Positions 15,225 through 17,755 of a DNA stretch of 17,755 bases are shown piece by piece. Within the stretch, counting starts at the first letter, position 1; the number at the start of each line of letters is the position of its first letter. Under the pieces are notes generated by a model that made no database searches, was not told where the DNA came from, and worked only from the letters and a program-made list of their open reading frames with translations. This stretch comes from Candidatus Krumholzibacteriia bacterium (lineage in GTDB: Bacteria > Krumholzibacteriota > Krumholzibacteriia > LZORAL124-64-63): contig JAWOID010000001.1 of the NCBI GenBank assembly GCA_046484865.1, positions 1 through 17,755 of the forward strand, given 5' to 3'. Made by a program: the position numbers and the translations under genes.

Positions 15225-15256
15225 GCCCGAGCTTGGGTTCGGAGGAAGGCTTCCTG

Positions 15257-17566
15257 ATGGACCGTATTCGCGTGGTTCTCTCGTTGCTGGTGGTCATTGC
15301 ACCGGCCGGCGTCACCGCCCAAATGGAACCCTGCACGAATTTCGCGCACTCGCTCCACGAGGTCGCCTTCCTGCCCTCGGGTGGAGTCCAGTTCGAGCGG
15401 ATCCTCGCCAGCGGCGACACCGTCTGCCTGCTCACGAACGCGGATACGGTCCGGATCGTCGACGTGTCCGATCCGCTCGCTCCCTGCCCGGTCGCGGACA
15501 TCCCGGTGCCCGGTGCGGTCGACTTCTGTGCGGTCGGGGACTATCTGCACGTGGCGAGCACCTCCGGCGGCCTGGCGACGATCGCTCTCGCGAACCCCCT
15601 GGCCGGCGTCATCCACACCCTGCCGGTCGCCGGATCGGTCACCTGCATCGGAGCGGGTCCGGGCCACCTCTACCTGGGGGGCACCGGCACCGGTCTGGTG
15701 GTCTGCGACCTGACCGACCCGGCGGCGCCTTCACTGGCCGGCACGATACCCTACGAGGGAGGAATCGGGGACCTGGCCGTGCTGGGCGGATACCTCTACA
15801 GCGCGGCGGAATTCATCGAACCCATCAACGGGACGCCCTACGGCCGCCTGCAGGCCTGGAGCCTGGCGATGCCGGCATCGCCGGCGATGGCGGGGTACTG
15901 GGACTACGGCTTCGGTGTCGTCGGACCCTACGAGTACGAGATCACCGGGTTGACGGTCCACGGCGACCGGCTCTGGATGCAACGCCACCGCGTGTACTGG
16001 GATGATACGGATCCCGTGAACCCGACGGCCATTCATTCCTACGCGAACGGGTACGCCGACCTGTCCGACCCGGCCGCGCCCGGCGGCGGATCTTCGGCTC
16101 TCGACGGTCGTCGCTGCACGGCGGCTGCAGACGGGGCGACGCTCTTCGCCGTCTCGCCGACCAGCCCCGATTTCGACGTCTACGACCTGACCTACGCCCC
16201 GGAACTCCACAAGATCGGGCTGGTCGAACTGTCGACCAACGCCGCCGACCTGGTCCTCGCAGGACATCTGGCCTACGTCTGCGGAGCGGACGGGATGGCC
16301 GTGGTCGATATCACGGATCCCCGCAGCCCCCTTCCCAGCGACGTGATGGAGGGAACGGGGCTGTTCGTCGGGGAGGGGCTGGTCTTGCGGATCACGTATG
16401 ACCCGGGGGGCCAGTATCCCGGTGACCTGCCGGTGACCACCTTCTACCTGCACGAGATACTGCCCGACGCCACGCTCTCGACCCCCCTCGGCAGCGTCAG
16501 CACCTCGTACGAGGGCGGGAAGACGTCCCAGTCCGGTGTCGTCTTCGCGCAAGGCCACTTCTACTGGGGCAACGACGTCGTCATCGCGACGGATCCGACG
16601 GCGCCCGCACTGGGATCCGTCTCCGGACTCGACCTCGTGGCCACCGACGGTACGAAGCTGTTCAACTTCACCGGCAGCTATTCCCTGCCGGCCGAACTGA
16701 CGGTGCTGGGGCTCACTGATCCCCTGGCACCGGAACCCATTGGCACGCTCGTGCTGCCGGTGGACTGGGCCGGATCGATAGCCTGCGACTACGCCGATGG
16801 GCGCGTCTATTTCCTGGGCAACAAGAACGCGGGATGGGACCAGCTCTGCGCCGTGGACGTCACCACTCCCGAAGCGCCGATCGTGGTGGACACCTGGGAT
16901 ATTTCGCGGGAATGGGCCGTGACCTCGTTCGAGATCCGTGGCGGACTCGCACTGTTCTCCTGCGGAGCCGGCGGCCTCAAGGTGTACGATCTGGGCGCGC
17001 CGGCCGATCCGCTGCTCGCGAGCGTCCTCGATGACCATGTCGTGAACGGTACCGTCTCGACCGGAGCCATGGTCTACGTGGAGACGGACGTGGACGGAAT
17101 CTGGGCCGTGGACCTGGCTTCGCCGGCGGCGCCGGTCGTCATCGGCTCGTTCGACCGGGACGTGCGCCGGGTGGACGCCCTGGGCCGGGTCCTCGTCGGC
17201 GACCAGGACGGCGTCGATCAGGTCTTCGTTTTGCCGGTGGCCTGCTCGGACCTGACGGCGGTCCCCGACCCGACGCCAACGCCGGCGGCGATAGGTCTGG
17301 TCTCGGTGGCACCGAACCCGTTCAATCCGAAGACGACGATCCGCTTCGAGCTGCCGAGTCGGGCGGCCGTGACGCTGCGCGTGTTCGACGTCGCCGGTCG
17401 GTTGGTCAGAGTCCTGATGGAAGGCGAGATCCATGATCGCGGCCGCCACGAGGCCGTGTGGCTGGGCAGGGACGACGCCGGCCGTCGGTGCGCCTCCGGC
17501 ACCTTCTTCTGCCGCTTCGAGGCCGGCACCCACGTCGAGACGACGAGGATGACGCTCGTGAAATAA
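15257..17566 (+). CDS. Secreted LVIVD-repeat (beta-propeller) protein with C-terminal FlgD-Ig / T9SS type A-like sorting domain (769 aa)
   Basis: ATG 15257 after GGAGGAAGG. Signal peptide MDRIRVVLSLLVVIAPAGVTA. Repeats VRIVDVSDPLAP, LVVCDLTDPAAP, AVVDITDPRSP, AVDVTTPEAP and WAVDLASPAAP. C-terminus PNPFNPKTTIRFEL...FDVAGRLVR...WLGRDDAGR..ASG...MTLVK. Confidence 0.92.
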   Translation: MDRIRVVLSLLVVIAPAGVTAQMEPCTNFAHSLHEVAFLPSGGVQFERILASGDTVCLLTNADTVRIVDVSDPLAPCPVADIPVPGAVDFCAVGDYLHVASTSGGLATIALANPLAGVIHTLPVAGSVTCIGAGPGHLYLGGTGTGLVVCDLTDPAAPSLAGTIPYEGGIGDLAVLGGYLYSAAEFIEPINGTPYGRLQAWSLAMPASPAMAGYWDYGFGVVGPYEYEITGLTVHGDRLWMQRHRVYWDDTDPVNPTAIHSYANGYADLSDPAAPGGGSSALDGRRCTAAADGATLFAVSPTSPDFDVYDLTYAPELHKIGLVELSTNAADLVLAGHLAYVCGADGMAVVDITDPRSPLPSDVMEGTGLFVGEGLVLRITYDPGGQYPGDLPVTTFYLHEILPDATLSTPLGSVSTSYEGGKTSQSGVVFAQGHFYWGNDVVIATDPTAPALGSVSGLDLVATDGTKLFNFTGSYSLPAELTVLGLTDPLAPEPIGTLVLPVDWAGSIACDYADGRVYFLGNKNAGWDQLCAVDVTTPEAPIVVDTWDISREWAVTSFEIRGGLALFSCGAGGLKVYDLGAPADPLLASVLDDHVVNGTVSTGAMVYVETDVDGIWAVDLASPAAPVVIGSFDRDVRRVDALGRVLVGDQDGVDQVFVLPVACSDLTAVPDPTPTPAAIGLVSVAPNPFNPKTTIRFELPSRAAVTLRVFDVAGRLVRVLMEGEIHDRGRHEAVWLGRDDAGRRCASGTFFCRFEAGTHVETTRMTLVK

Positions 17567-17755
17567 GGCCATATGTCCTCTCACTTCCCCTCCTGGGGGG
17601 GGGTAGAATCCACACTTCGGTGAGGCTTCTGCCCCCCCCAGGAGGGGAAGTGGGGGGACATATGGCGTTATTTCACGAGCGGCATCCTCGTCGTCTCGGC
17701 GTGGGTTGGGGCCTCGAAGCGGGAGAAGGAGGTGCCGGGGGCGGACCGGCGGCCG
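17479..17755. repeat. Long imperfect inverted repeat (arms 17479-17615 and 17620-17755) running to the window end
   Basis: The right arm is the reverse complement of the gene's 3' end and downstream DNA, with about 16 substitutions and 1 indel by manual alignment. Confidence 0.9.
17578..17657. terminator. GC-rich hairpin with C(UUCG)G tetraloop just after the LVIVD gene (REP-like element or terminator)
   Basis: ctctcacttcccctcctgggggggggtagaatccacac, TTCG loop at 17616-17619, gtgaggcttctgccccccccaggaggggaagtggggg. No U-tract is visible, so terminator function is uncertain. Confidence 0.45.

Noticed and set aside
14954..15256. N-terminal 101 aa of the 870-aa track ORF
   Set aside because: It overlaps the preceding gene. 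The RBS and signal peptide place the start at 15257.
17479..17755. Diversity-generating retroelement TR/VR pair
   Set aside because: Only about half of the mismatches are at adenines, the bias is toward G whatever the source base, the copies are inverted about a hairpin, and no reverse transcriptase is present.

Overview
High-GC bacterial chromosomal window with 12 credible CDSs. Most ORFs in the supplied track are antisense or frame shadows. The C-terminal FlgD-Ig/T9SS-like domain and the 'SWSGVKTIYR' tail on the two last genes suggest an FCB-group lineage such as Ca. Krumholzibacteriota, Latescibacterota or Eisenbacteria (inference). Layout: (1) minus-strand, translationally coupled TrmH-family methyltransferase > DUF116 Cys-rich protein > UbiA-family prenyltransferase; (2) divergent plus-strand GT2-TPR glycosyltransferase preceded by a sigma28-like promoter, then a cN-II-type HAD 5'-nucleotidase and an archaeal-type GAPDH-like dehydrogenase; (3) minus-strand PDZ/multi-TM/GAF/PP2C (SpoIIE-type) sensor phosphatase followed by two paralogous exported TPR proteins; (4) inositol-monophosphatase-family gene; (5) a 660-bp non-coding interval with two 43-bp direct repeats carrying a palindromic core; (6) two secreted proteins with different C-terminal sorting signals; (7) a ~137-bp-arm imperfect fold-back at the window end, whose inner UUCG hairpin looks real and whose outer arm looks like a sequencing or assembly artefact. 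No rRNA, tRNA, cas gene, transposase, integrase or reverse transcriptase was recognised.
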